Positions 12,680 through 26,839 are shown, numbered from the stretch's first letter. The stretch: DNA of 64,000 nt from Eledone cirrhosa (GCA_964016885.1 OZ024740.1:276148001-276212000); one strand, 5' to 3'. Translations and numbers: made by a program. Notes: generated from the sequence alone by a model not told the origin.

Positions 12680-12962
12680 TCGAAGCTAAATTCTAATTTT
12701 AAGTTGAGCCAACTTATACAGCTTTGTATGCAAATGAGGCTAATCAGCCCATTTACACAGACAAAAATCTATATATTTTCACCTGTTTCAAAGTCCAGCA
12801 GTAGTGAGATGGAAGCATTGTCCTGATGAGAATCATTAAGCTTGAAATGCATCAACAGTTATCCCCCTTTATACTACTGGGCAACGCTTAGTGGTGCTGT
12901 TCCCCAGTGTTCTATTCATAGCTGTAGCTTTCAAAATGTTTATTTATAAACATACCATATAA
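12680..12962 (+). mobile_element. Penelope-like family C fragment
   Basis: Homologous to 10250-10510 (CAAATGAGGCTAATCAGCCCAT...CCTGTTTCAA...CCTGATGA). Confidence 0.6.
12818..12858 (+). ncRNA. Degenerate minimal hammerhead motif (family C)
   Basis: TTGTC-CTGATGA-GAATCATTAAGCTT-GAAA-TGCA-TC-AACAG, with ATGCAT palindromic stem III and NUH = AUC. Confidence 0.5.
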
Positions 12963-13139
12963 TCTGAAATTCACACACACAAATATACATATAGTGCATT
13001 GGTGTATAATGTTTTGGTACCGATGCCAGAGTCGGGTCTGATCACTAACGATTGTAACTTGAGTTGATTGATCGTGAAACACGTGTCACGTGTGAATAAA
13101 CATAATGCTGTTATATTGATATTTTGTTCCTGCTCCTTC

Positions 13140-13170
<31 letters not shown>

Positions 13171-13173
13171 TAT

Positions 13174-13558
13174 ACCTCTCCAAGACAATGTCACTGGACC
13201 GAGACCTTTGGCGGTACTCAGTAATAGAGAAGACCCACCTTACCTAAATACATAGTAAAACCTACTACAGCCAGTAGGCATCTCTAACAAAATACACCCC
13301 CGTCCCACCACCCACACCCCCATCCACACCACCCCCTCCTATGTAAAGTTATGTTGGTGCCACAACATCCAGGCCGAAACAAATGAGATCGTGTAGGTGT
13401 CACGACAAAAAACACACAGTTCACGCTGTAATGTGGCCGTGTAGGCAACACGGTAAAAACCTCCCAGTCCCACACTGTAAATGTGGTTGGTGTTAGGAAG
13501 GGCATCCAGCCGTAGAAAACCCGCCACACGGACGTTAAACGTTGATGATGATGATGAT
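13174..13558 (+). mobile_element. 5'-truncated RTE family 2 copy (last codons, 3' UTR, (GAT)n tail)
   Basis: Near-identical to 31634-32099 apart from an internal deletion near the tail. Confidence 0.88.
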
Positions 13559-14299
13559 ATGTATATGCGGGTGTACATGAAGACACCAAATGTCCTATAC
13601 CATTCACAACCATAGTGATGCAAGAGAAAATGCAGTACATATGTGTATGTGTGTGTTCAAATGATAGATAACTCTACTCATGATTCATTCTATAAATCAG
13701 TCACACATTTTTTTTTTTTTTTCACATCCATGAAGTTCTTGTTGACAAATGTGTTCTTATAGACATTATACAACTTTATTTAATAACACATCAGATTAAA
13801 ATTTAAGTATATTCAAACATACACAAATTAACATTTGTAATAATGTCCAAGTTTGCCACCATCATATCTCCATTTAAGTGTTTGTCAATTGAAATTTTGA
13901 ATGTTCCCTCCCCTGACCTTTTTCATATTAATTTACACTAACACTAATGACATTTCTGATTCTTAAAATGATTTCACTAGGTCAAAATTATTTTTAGCCC
14001 ACTACATTATGTATGTTAGTCTGACTGTAATGGTGTGTGTATATAATCAATTCTCCAAGATATTAGACAAATAGTTTGTGCTTTACCTATCATCTTATTC
14101 ATAGATCAGCAATGCATAAAATGTTTTGGTCAGCTGATAAGAATTCTTACAGACATATAACACCACCTGGAGTCACTGACATACATCACACCCACAGCAT
14201 GACTTCTGCAAACATCATCCCTTAATGCCTCAATTATCAGCTTAATCCCTTCTCACCAACTTCCCAATAACAGTTCCTGGACTACAAAATATCTATAAA

Positions 14300-14460
14300 A
14301 TTGTTGATTCTTTTATTCTGTCATTGGTTTCAATCATTAGAATATAGCCATGCTTGACCACCACCTTGATTTAATTAACCATATTGATACCAGTATTTAT
14401 TTTACCAATTTCTGTTTTGTTGAACCCCTAAGGATAGCAACACACAGACATGGATACATA
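14300..14460. mobile_element. Diverged copy of a third dispersed repeat (TTACTCTTTTACCTGTTTCAGCCAT..GGCCATGCTGGAGCACCGCC family)
   Basis: Related to 29142-29197, 1448-1487 (inverted) and ~55590-55720. Confidence 0.5.
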
Positions 14461-14975
14461 AGCATATATTAAAAAGCACCAAGTACTCACTGTAAATGTG
14501 GTTGCCATTAGAAAGGGCATCCAGCCATAAACACCAAGCCAAACATAATCCTGTATGAGTGAGACACAGTCATCTGATCTGGCTTGTCCCACAACAGGCC
14601 AACTCAACTAACTCATGCTAGTATGGAAAAATGGACGGTAAACGATTTCTATCTACGAACATGCATGGATATGGTGTACTTAATCTAAACCAGATACATA
14701 TAGCCATAGAATTAATATATATATATATATATATAAATGCCTACTCTGCTTATTCCCATGCATAGAGTACTACTCGGATTTGTGGTCTTCCTGGTCTTGC
14801 CACTGCAGACTTTATGTATATATAATAAGTGGTAAAATCCAAATCCATTCTATTTTGCCTGGTATCCAAGCTTAAAATTCAAATATAGCTTAAAATGCCC
14901 TAGAAATACCATAGGTTACTTCAGCACACATATGACTCCATCAAGAGTTACTGGATAATGCATGCATACCAAATC

Positions 14976-17900
14976 TGCATCTAAACATGCATTGAACACT
15001 ACTCTCATCTATAGTCTTCCTGGTGCATCTAAACATGTACTGAACTCTACCCTCATCTATAGTCTTCCTGGTGCATCTAAACATGCATTCAACACTACCC
15101 TCATCTATAGTCTTCCTGGTGCATCTAAACATGTACTGAACACTACCCTCATCTATAGTCTTCCTGGTGCATCTAAACATGCATTGAACACTACCCTCAT
15201 CTATAGTCTTCCTGGTGCATCTAAACATGCATTGAACACTACCCTCATCTATAGTCTTCCTGGTGCATCTAAACATGCATTGAACACTACTCTCATCTAT
15301 AGTCTTCCTGGTGCATCTAAACATGCACTGAACACTACCCTCATCTATAGTCTTCCTGGTGCATCTAAACATGCACTGAACACTACCCTCATCTATAGTC
15401 TTCCTGGTGCATCTAAACATGCATTGAACACTACTCTCATCTATAGTCTCCCTGGTGCATCTAAACATGCATTGAACACTACTCTCATCTATAGTCTTCC
15501 TGGTGCATCTAAACATGCATTGAACACTACCCTCATCTATAGTCTTCCTGGTGCATCTAAACATGCATTGAACACTACCCTCATCTATAGTCTTCCTGGT
15601 GCATCTAAACATGCACTGAACACTACTCTCATCTATAGTCTTCCTGGTGCATCTAAACATGCACTGAACACTACCTTCATCTATAGTCTTCCTGGTGCAT
15701 CTAAACATGCATTGAACACTACCCTCATCTATAGTCTACCTGGTGCATCTAAACATGCATTGAACACTACCCTCATCTATAGTCTTCCTGGTGCATCTAA
15801 ACATGCATTCAACACTACCCTCATCTATAGTCTTCCTGGTGCATCTAAACATGCATTCAACACTACCCTCATCTATAGTCTTCCTGGTGCATCTAAACAT
15901 GCACTGAACACTACCCTCATCTATAGTCTTCCTGGTGCATCTAAACATGCATTGAACACTACTCTCATCTATAGTCTTCCTGGTGCATCTAAACATGCAC
16001 TGAACACTACCCTCATCTATAGTCTTCCTGGTGCATCTAAACATGCATTGAACACTACCCTCATCTATAGTCTTCCTGGTGCATCTAAATATGCATTGAA
16101 CACTACTCTCATCTATAGTCTTCCTGGTGCATCTAAACATGCACTGAACACTACCCTCATCTATAGTCTTCCTGGTGCATCTAAACATGCATTCAACACT
16201 ACTCTCATCTATAGTCTTCCTGGTGCATCTAAACATGCATTGAACACTACCCTCATCTATAGTCTTCCTGGTGCATCTAAACATGCACTGAACACTACCC
16301 TCATCTATAGTCTGCCTGGTGCATCTAAACATGCATTGAACTCTACCCTCATCTATAGTCTTCCTGGTGCATCTAAACATGCATTGAACACTACCCTCGT
16401 CTATAGTCTTCCTGGTGCATCTAAACATGCATTAAACACTACCCTCATCTATTGTCTTCCTGGTGCATCTAAACATGCATTGAACACTACCCTCATCTAT
16501 AGTCTTCCTGGTGCATCTAAACATGCATTGAACACTACTCTCATCTATAGTCTTCCTGGTGCATCTAAACATGCATTGAACACTACTCTCATCTATAGTC
16601 TTCCTGGTGCATCTAAACATGCATTGAACACTACTCTCATCTATAGTCTTCCTGGTGCATCTAAACATGCATTGAACACTACCCTCATCTATAGTCTTCC
16701 TGGTGCATCTAAACATGCATTGAACTCTACCCTCATCTATAGCCTTCCTGGTGCATCTAAACATGCATTCAACACTACTCTCATCTATAGTCTTCCTGGT
16801 GCATCTAAACATGCATTGAACTCTACCCTCATCTATAGTCTTCCTGGTGCATCTAAACATGCATTGAACACTACCCTCGTCTATAGTCTTCCTGGTGCAT
16901 CTAAACATGCATTGAACACTACCCTCATCTATAGTCTTCCTGGTGCATCTAAACATGCATTGAACACTACCCTCATCTATAGTCTTCCTGGTGCATCTAA
17001 ACATGCATTCAACACTACCCTCATCTATAGTCTTCCTGGTGCATCTAAACATGCATTCAACACTACCCTCATCTATAGTCTTCCTGGTGCATCTAAACAT
17101 GCATTCAACACTACCCTCATCTATAGTCTTCCTGGTGCATCTAAACATGCATTCAACACTACCCTCATCTATAGTCTTCCTGGTGCATCTAAACATGCAT
17201 TCAACACTACCCTCATCTATAGTCTTCCTGGTGCATCTAAACATGCATTCAACACTACCCTCATCTATAGTCTTCCTGGTGCATCTAAACATGCATTCAA
17301 CACTACCCTCATCTATAGTCTTCCTGGTGCATCTAAACATGCATTCAACACTACCCTCATCTATAGTCTTCCTGGTGCATCTAAACATGCATTCAACACT
17401 ACCCTCATCTATAGTCTTCCTGGTGCATCTAAACATGCATTGAACACTACTCTCATCTATAGTCTTCCTGGTGCATCTAAACATGCATTCAACACTACTC
17501 TCATCTATAGTCTTCCTGGTGCATCTAAACTTGCATTGAACTCTACCCTCATCTATAGTCTTCCTGGTGCATCTAAACATGCATTCAACACTACCCTCGT
17601 CTATAGTCTTCCTGGTGCATCTAAACATGCATTCAACACTACTCTCATCTATAGTCTTCCTGGTGCATCTAAACATGCATTGAACTCTACCCTCATCTAT
17701 AGTCTTCCTGGTGCATCTAAACATGCATTCAACACTACCCTCATCTATAGTCTTCCTGGTGCATCTAAACATGCATTCAACACTACCCTCATCTATAGTC
17801 TTCCTGGTGCATCTAAACATGCATTCAACACTACCCTCGTCTATAGTCTTCCTGGTGCATCTAAACATGCATTCAACACTACTCTCATCTATAGTCTTCC

Positions 17901-18432
17901 TGGTGCATCTAAACATGCATTGAACTCTACCCTTATCTATAGTCTTCCTGGTGCATCTAAACATGCATTCAACACTACCCTCATCTATAGTCTTCCTGGT
18001 GCATCTAAACATGCATTCAACACTACCCTCATCTATAGTCTTCCTGGTGCATCTAAACATGCATTGAACACTACCCTCATCTATAGTCTTCCTGGTGCAT
18101 CTAAACATGCATTCAACACTACCCTTGTCTATAGTCTTCCTGGTGCATCTAAACATGCATTCAACACTACTCTCATCTATAGTCTTCCTGGTGCATCTAA
18201 ACATGCATTGAACTCTACCCTCATCTATAGTCTTCCTGGTGCATCTAAACATGCATTCAACACTACCCTCGTCTATAGTCTTCCTGGTGCATCTAAACAT
18301 GCATTCAACACTACCCTCATCTATAGTCTTCCTGGTGCATCTAAACATGCATTCAACACTACCCTCATCTATAGTCTTCCTGGTGCATCTAAGCATGCAC
18401 TGAACACTACCCTCATCTATAGTCTTCCTGGT
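14976..18432. repeat. 48-bp minisatellite, about 72 copies
   Basis: Unit GGTGCATCTAAACATGCATTGAACACTACCCTCATCTATAGTCTTCCT, with no indels seen. The + frame is open across the whole array (GASKHALNTTLIYSLP repeat, ORF 14962-18447). Confidence 0.97.
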
Positions 18433-18942
18433 AAATATGTGGGCTGATGTCAACGATAATAGTCAGCTAGAAAACACTGCCACAAATATACCATGAAACC
18501 CATGACAGCATGGACAAGACAGTGTAAAATTAATGATGTATGCAGGATTTTGTGGCATTAATTGTATAAAATATAGATCATCCATCAGGTAGGAGATATG
18601 ATTATTGCAGGGAATCATTTTTGAAAAAATATGGTATCTACTAATGTTGGTAGGAAATGCTGCAAAGAATTAACTCCCTTGCAAAGGGACACAATTAAAT
18701 GAACTAAGTACCTGCTGCAGATTTCAACTCAAGACCAACTAGTCTATTTCATTCCTATATACATACATCATCATCATCATCATCATCAGGTTTAGCGTCT
18801 GTGTTCCACGCTTGCATGGGTTTGGACGTGGGGTTTTCCCACTTGAGGCAATATACACATACAGGCACACATACATACATTATAGAAACATACACACACA
18901 TACATGCATTATAGAAACATACACACACATACATGCATACAT

Positions 18943-18993
<51 letters not shown>

Positions 18994-20825
18994 TTATTCT
19001 TGGTTCAATCGGGGGTAACCACTGTAAGTAAGGTACTCAATACATAGCAGAGTATAAATGTTTTAATATAGAAAAGCTTCTACAGGACTAGAACTGTTTC
19101 ATTCGTGAGAAATCAATTTCTGTTTAAATAATTTTTCACATAATGTAATGATTTTGCAGAAAATGTCTAAAAACAGATATTAATTCAAATGTTTATAGTG
19201 TGTGTATGTATGTGTGTGCATGTGTATATATATATATATGTTTATATATATATATATATATATACACATGCACACACACATACACACACACAGACTCTCA
19301 GTCTAGAATACAATGTACAGATAAACACACAGAGTCATGTACACAATTATATTTTCTGTGTTAAATCTTTATAAATGGACGAAATAGCCTTTTGAATTTC
19401 TTCAGCTAACTTCTGAAATATTTCAAACTTTATCATCTGAATGCCTTGAGGAAACCATTTTCCCTTCTCTGGACTAGAAGCATCTGTCCTTTAACTAATT
19501 AAAATGTATTAATTCAACATGGCACCAAAGTACCAAGTTTACTTGTGGATTTCGGTGAAATTTTCAAGTCTATAATAGGCTTTTAGCATTTTAGATGAAA
19601 AAAAAAGACAAAAAAAAAAAAATTTACAAAGTTGGAATAAAAATAAGAATCTTAATGATGATGGTGGTGGTGGTGGTGTGTTGGTGGTGGTGGTGGCAAC
19701 AACAACAACAAAAATAAAATAATAATAATAATAATAATGATGATGATGATAAGATGAAGAAGAAAAAATGATAAAAAAGAATAATGAAATATGGAGAGAG
19801 GGAAAGAACGAAGTAAATGAAATAACGAAGAAAAAAAATTAGAAAAATATAAAACAAAATGAAAAAGTATAGAAAGTAAAGAAAAAATTCAATTTCAAGA
19901 AAATTTTCTTTAATTAGCTCATGAGAAGATTCTATTTATTTTAATATTATATTTGTTGGTGTTTTTATTATATAACTTATTTCTTCATCTGATATGGTTT
20001 GTTTTATTTTTTTTCTTATCACATTATTTTTCACCATGTTATATTATGATGATATGAGATATGATCAGTTGTTAGCAAAGAAGTTAAAGTGTTTGGTCAG
20101 GAGTAGCAAGTAATAGAGGGGAGATATTTTCTTTCAGTGTTGTTATATTTTGTCTGGTAAATGACTTCAGTCATTCATCATCATGATAAATAAAGTGGTT
20201 GGCAAACAATGTAGGGTTAAGAACACATTTTAGTCAAACTGAAGACATGACATCCTCTAGTGTTAGTGCAATGATAAAATGTATCTAGTTTCAATACATT
20301 CTGTAAAGTGGTGTTAGTGTTAGCTAGGGCATCCACTTGTAGAAACAATGCCAAAAATGTAGTGTACAACCTATCTAGAAGGGCAGAAACTATGAATCAG
20401 AACTGATTTGAAGTATGCTAACTCTTCCAACCCATGCTAACATATAAAGCAAACATAAGTTAAAGATGATAATTATGAGAATGATGATGATATTAATATG
20501 ACAACATACAGAGTTCTGGCTGTAATAAAGTTGACTGAGACTCAACTAGCTTTTAAAATGGTGGTCCTTTTTCTTGCCAAAATGGAACAGAACACTTCTA
20601 GAGTGATGAGCTCTATTTTCTTGTATTCTTTCTGTTATATATTTTCCAGAGACAGTGCTATATCAAAATGAAATGAAAAACAGAAAATTAAATTTACAGT
20701 TTATTTCAATGTAGGTTTTACTGGCCCCTATGAGGCTGCATGTCAGATATTTTTTAAAGCATTTTAATGATAGGTGCCATAGTCTTATCAAGAAAAGTAA
20801 TATGAAATGAAGTGTCTACTAATAA

Positions 20826-21087
20826 TAAGGGTGTTGGACTTACAATCAAAATGCTGTGGGTTCGATTCCTGGGCTGGATTGTATTTTGTGTTCTTGTGTA
20901 AAACACTTCATTTAACATTGCTCCAATAAACTCAGCTGAAAATGAGTACCAGCAATAGCTGGGGGTTTAACTCCACAATGAACTGGTGTCCTGCCCAGGA
21001 GGCAGTCTTCTACTCTCAGTCCCTTTATGCCATGAAACCGGGATAAGCACTGGTCTAATGAGCCTTCTGGCTTGAGATAAACTTTAG
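20826..21087 (+). mobile_element. Old tRNA-derived SINE (different tail from family 1)
   Basis: B box GGTTCGATTCC, CORE-like AAACACTTCATTTAACATTGCTCC...CTCAGCTGAAAATGAGTACC, tail ...GAAACCGGGATAAGC. Confidence 0.6.
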
Positions 21088-21779
21088 ATTAGACTTAGGT
21101 GAAGAACACAATGTGTAGACCATTCCAGGAATCAAGCCTATGACCTTATGAACATGAGTTCAACACCCTAACCACTATGTCACACACCTTCACATTAGTC
21201 ATCAACCCCTACAGAACAGGACCAGCCATAAGTTTCTTAGGGAGTGTTTATCTGTAAATGAATGGGAACATTTAGCTAATACAATGAATCAGTTTCTTAA
21301 TTTTGTTTGTCAACTACTTACTTACTTTCTTACTTTTTCTTTCTTTTTCGTTCTTTCTTCTTCTTCTTTCTTTTTCTTTCTCCTTCTCCTTCTTCTTCCA
21401 ACAGCTCTTTTCTGTCTGTGTCTCCCTGTGTATATCAACCTCTACCTGCCCCCCTTCTTTACGCTCCTCTCCCCCACCCCACCACCACATATATGTGCAG
21501 ACACCAAGCTATCCCAGCTATCTACCAACTGAAATATTCTCCATTCTCTGAAAATCTGGCAATGATGGAAGTGTTTGCCCTGTGGCGTTAATCAGCCACA
21601 ATCAAGTGCTTTGCCTGAATTGATTGATTTTCAAAGGAAGGTCATAAAAGTCTGAATGATTCCAATTATTTACATTGTTATTTCCATGTCTAAATCCATC
21701 TTTAAGCTCAATGGGTGTGACCTGACCTAACTTTCTTTACAATAGTAATACTAAGTATTACCATTACCAGTAGTAACAC

Positions 21780-22120
21780 TAAGATAGTCACCATCACATA
21801 CATCACCAATACTAAGAATATCACCGACATCACCACCACATCAACAACCAGCATCCACCACCACTACCACCACTATCACCAATAACAACACTATTATTAG
21901 CCCCACCATCAACACCCAACACTGCCACCAAAACCACCACCAGTAACATCAACAACAACAACAACCAATACCACCACCACCACCACCATCAACAACCAAT
22001 ACCACCAATACCACCACCACCACCATCACCAACATCAACAACCAATACCACCACCACCACCACCACCAACATCAACAACTAGCACCACCTCCAATGCCAC
22101 CATCAATATAATCACCACCA
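21780..22120. repeat. ACC/AAC trinucleotide-derived low-complexity tract
   Basis: Visible ACC, AAC and ATC triplet runs. Confidence 0.85.
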
Positions 22121-22258
22121 GAGTAACATGTTAATTATATCAACTCCAGTAACTACCTGGTACATTATTTTATCAACTATGGAAGGACGAAAGGCAAATT
22201 TGTCCTTGGTGTTATTTGAACTCAGAAAATAAAGAGCCTCAACAAATACCATTATGTA

Positions 22259-22893
22259 TATTCTGAGTTCAAATCCCGCCGAGGTTGACTTTGCCTTTCA
22301 TCCTTACGGGGTCGATAAAATAAAGTACCAGTAATGCACTGGGTAATTGCTGGCCTTGTGCCTAAAGTAGAAACAATTATATATGTTGTCCTATATTTTA
22401 ATGACAGCCAATAATAATGGTTTCTTATATAGGCACAAGGCCAGCAATTTTGGGGGAGGGGAAAGTTGATTAAATTGACCCCAGTGCATTACTGGTGCTT
22501 TATGTTATCGACCCCGTAAGGATGAAAGGCAAAGTTAACCTCGGCGGGATTTGAACTCAGAACGCAAAGGGCCATAACTGAATGCTGCAAAGCATGGCGT
22601 CTGAGATGCTGAAGAGAATACCCATGGTACTATGCAGAACATTTGAACCCAGATCAACATGGTTGCATAGTCAGCTTTGTAATCAAATGGTGACCAGAGC
22701 TTTTAATAATTGTTTCTACATTTGGCACAAGGCCAGCAATTACCCCAGTGCATTAATGGTGCTTTATTTTATCAAACCCATAAGGATGAAAGGCAAAGTT
22801 AACGTAGGCAGGATTTGAACCCAGACCGTAAAGGGCCATAACTCAATGCTGCAAAGCATGGCGTCCGACCCTCTACTGATATTGCTAATCCAC
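22259..22893. mobile_element. Cluster of SINE family 2 copies in both orientations
   Basis: Copies at ~22259-22380 (+), ~22420-22610 (-) and ~22705-22893 (-). Confidence 0.75.
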
Positions 22894-23044
22894 TGTTGAT
22901 AATAATAATGATAATAATTGTAATAGAAGCAGTAGAAGTTATCAAGGCCAAAACGAGCATTAATGTTTATACCAGCTTAGGAGGAAAAAAATCCGATAAA
23001 AAAGCAATTCCTGTTGAATGAACGAATCTCATGGAACATTCTGT

Positions 23045-23078
<34 letters not shown>

Positions 23079-23182
23079 TATATATATATATATTTATATA
23101 TATATATATATATTTATATATATTTATATATTTATATATATTTATATATTTATATATATTTATATATTTATATATATATATT

Positions 23183-23223
<41 letters not shown>

Positions 23224-23396
23224 GTATATCATCATCATCATCATCATCGTTTAACGTCCATGTTCCACGCTTGCATGGGTTTGGACGGGGGTATTCCCAC
23301 TTGAGGCAAGAGTGATTGTCTTGCTCGCATAGGACTGTCTGGCAGGTTTTCTACAGTTGGATGCCCTTCCTAACACCAACCACATTTACAGTGTGG

Positions 23397-23455
<59 letters not shown>

Positions 23456-23635
23456 TATGTATGTATATATATATATGTATGTATATATATAGTAGAATAA
23501 TCGAGTATCGAAAAATCGGCGCACGAGTTCACGATAAACAAAATTCGATATGAGCGGAAGAGTGCTCCATAATTTAGATAAATCAGAGCTATAACTATCG
23601 TTAAAATACCGTCACACACAGAACAAGTCTATATG

Positions 23636-25168
23636 TGTCTATACTATTACACATCCAACGGAGCATGCAAGCTTCGTTCCTCTCCAGTCTGCGTATATCC
23701 TCTGCACACACTGCCCAAGTCTCACTGCCATGTAACATTGCTGTTCATATGCAGGCATCATACAGCCTGCCTTTCATTTTTAGAGAGAAAACTTTAGCGG
23801 CCAATAGTGGTATAAGCACTCTGAACTTTTTCCATCCCGTTCAGACTCTAGCTACTGTACTTTCAGAGCACCCTCCACCACTGATGATTTTGTCACCCAG
23901 GTAACGGAAGGTGTCCACTATTTCTATAAACCATCTGTGCAATGGAATGAGTTAGTATTCTGTGGGCACTTGCTGCTACTTATTGCACCAGAGCACCGCC
24001 ACATGTAAAATCTGTGTTCTTAGTTAGCTTACCTGTGATCCCACTACATCTTTTATGCACCCATACTTTGCATTTGGGACATAAAATGGAGTTTCTGCCT
24101 ACTCCTTTCCTACACACTGAGCATGGCCATTTCCCAGATGGGACCAGTGCCCTATTTTCCTTCCTACAAACTAGAACTTTAGTCTTAGACAGGTTAATTT
24201 TAAGGCCTTTTGATTCTAGGCCATGCTTCTAGGTTTGGAATTTCCTCTCTAGTTCAGCCATTGATTCAGCCATGAGCGTTATATCATCTGCGTATAGGAG
24301 TTCCCATGGGCAGCCGGTCTTGAACTCCTCTGTTATAGCCTGAAGGGCAATAATAAATAGGAGGGGGCTAACCTGATGAACACCAACTTTTACGCTAAAC
24401 TCTTCACTATATTCGTTGTTAATTCTAACCTTGCTGACCATTTCTTTATACATGGCTTGTAAAGCTCTCACAAGCCATTCATCAACACCTAGTTTTCTGA
24501 GAGCCCACCAAATAATGGGGCGTGGGACTCTGTTAAAGACTTTCTCCAAGTCAACAAAAGCTAAGTATAGGGGTTTACTTTTAGCTAGGTACTTCTCCTG
24601 TAGTTGTCGTACAATGAAAAGAGCGTCTGTGGTACTTTTACCTGACACAAACCCGAACTGCATTTCATCTAGATCAATTCGCTCTCTGATTAGTTGCGCT
24701 ATTACTTTTTCTGTGACCTTCATGACCTGGTCAATAAATTTAATGCCTCTATAGTTTCCCCTATCTAGGGCATCTCCTTTACCCTTGTAGCAGTTAATGA
24801 TGATGCTACTACGCCAATCATTTGGAACGACCCCATTCTGTATGACTTGGTTTACTATCCGGGTGACCATAGTGTGTCCCACCGTTCCAGATGCTTTTAG
24901 CATTTCAGCAACTATTTCCGAAGGCCCAGCCGCCTTGCCCGTCTTCATATCTTTGATCGCCTTACTTATTATACTACCTTGAACTTGCACTACTGGTCCC
25001 CCTATTGGATCGATGTGGGGGAGACTGTCTTTCTCCCATTTATTCTCCTCATTTAGTAGCCTTTCGTAGTGACACTTCCAAGCTACCTTCTTATTAGCGT
25101 CAGTGATGGCAAGTACACCATCATCATTAAGGACACACTTCTCCCCGACAATATCACGGTTTTCCTTG
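23636..25168 (-). mobile_element. RTE family 2 internal fragment (RT region), decayed
   Basis: ORF 24229-24990 has NYRGIKF, QFGF, AFVDLEK and YADDI, followed by a PHD finger and FRYLG. Highly similar to 30311-31400. The tail at 23229-23396 may belong to the same insertion. Confidence 0.9.
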
Positions 25169-25202
<34 letters not shown>

Positions 25203-25224
25203 GTACATATATATATATGTGTGT

Positions 25225-25513
25225 ATCATCATCATCATCATCAGCATTTTACGTCCGCTTTTCCCTGCTTGCAAGGGTGGGATGGGGAACTGATTCTGGC
25301 TTGATTTTTTTCCGTGGCACCTCCATGACCATTTTACAGTGGAATGATATGGAGCCCAGTCCCTATCATCTCATTTCTACAGCTGAGTAAACTGGAGCAA
25401 TGTGAAATAAAGTGTCTTGCTCAAGGAAACAACAGACCACCCGGTCTGAGAATTGAACTCACAACCTTTCGATTGCAAGGCCAATGCTCTAACCACTAAG
25501 CCATGTGCCTCCA
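25225..25513 (-). mobile_element. SINE family 1 copy (internal deletion)
   Basis: Same head and tail as 32521-32866 but lacks the GTTAGGAAGGGCATCC segment. Confidence 0.85.
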
Positions 25514-25519
25514 TATGTG

Positions 25520-25560
<41 letters not shown>

Positions 25561-25799
25561 ACACACATTCTTTTATATATATACACACACATACACACCC
25601 TGGCCATACGGATGAGACAAGAGGCCTGTATTTCACACACACACACACATATATAAATATATATTTATATATTTGTTTCAATTCATTTTATTGTATATGT
25701 TTATTTGTCTTTAATTACTTACTACCTTGTACGGTGCTATAATAGTTATGTGATAGTACTACTATCTCTACCCATTCTGGGCAAATGATGAAATAGATG

Positions 25800-26839
25800 G
25801 GCAGCAGCAGTGGTAGTGGTGATGGGGGTGGCGGTGATGATGGTGGTGGTGTTGGTGGTTGTGGTGGTGGTGTTGGTGGTAGTAGTTGTGGTGGTGATGG
25901 TGGTGGTGGTGATGATGGTGGTGGTGTTGGTGGTGATGGTGGTGGCGGTGGTGTTGGTGGTGGTGATGGTGGTGGTGATGGTGGTGGTGGTGATGATGGT
26001 GGTGATGAGGGTGGTGGTGTTGGTGGTTGTGGTGGTGATGGTGGTGGTGTTAGTTGTGGTGGTGGTGGTGGTGGTGGTGGTGGTGATAACGGTAGTGGTG
26101 ATGGTGGTGGTGGTGGTGGTGGTGATGGTGGTGGTGGTGGTGGTGGTGGTGATGGTGGTGTTGATGGTGGTGGTGGTGGTGATGGTGGTGTTGATGGTGG
26201 TGATGGTGGTGATGATCAGTATGTTGGTGCTGGCAGTGGTGGCGACTGTGGTAGTGGCGGTGGTGTTGATAGTGATGTTAGTGGTGATGATGTTGTTGTA
26301 GTTGGTGGCGGCAGTGGTGGTGATGTTGTTGTTGTTGTTGATAGTGGTGGTGGTGGCGGTGATAGTTACGTTGGTGGCAGTGGTGGTGATGTTGTTATTG
26401 TTGTTGTTGGTGGTGGTGGTGATAGTTACGTTGGTGGCAGTGGTGGTGATGTTGTTGTTGTTGTTGATAGTGGTGGTGGTGGCGGTGATGGTTACGTTGG
26501 TGGCAGTGGTGGTGATGTTGTTGTTGTTGATAGTGGTGGTGGTGGCGGTGATAGTTACGTTGGTGGCAGTGGTGGTGATGTTGTTGTTGTTGTTGATAGT
26601 GGTGGTGGTGGCGGTGATGGTTACGTTGGTGGCAGTGGTGGTCATGTTGTTGTTATTGTTGATAGTGGTGGTGGTGGCGGTGATAGTTACGTTGGTGGCA
26701 GTGGTGGTGATGTTGTTGTTGTTGTTGATAGTGGTGGTGGTGGTGGTGATAGTTACGTTGGTGGCAGTGGTGGTGATGTTGTTGTTGTTGTTGGTGGTGG
26801 TGGTGGCGGTGATAGTTACGTTGGTGGCAGTGGTGGTGA

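Noticed and set aside
14976-18432. CRISPR array
   Set aside because: Contiguous 48-bp units with no unique spacers, no cas genes and a eukaryotic context.
14941-18453. Minus-strand Cys-containing repeat protein (RKTIDEGSVQCMFRCT)n or zinc-finger array
   Set aside because: Interrupted by stops and lacks C2H2 spacing; it is the antisense reading of the minisatellite.
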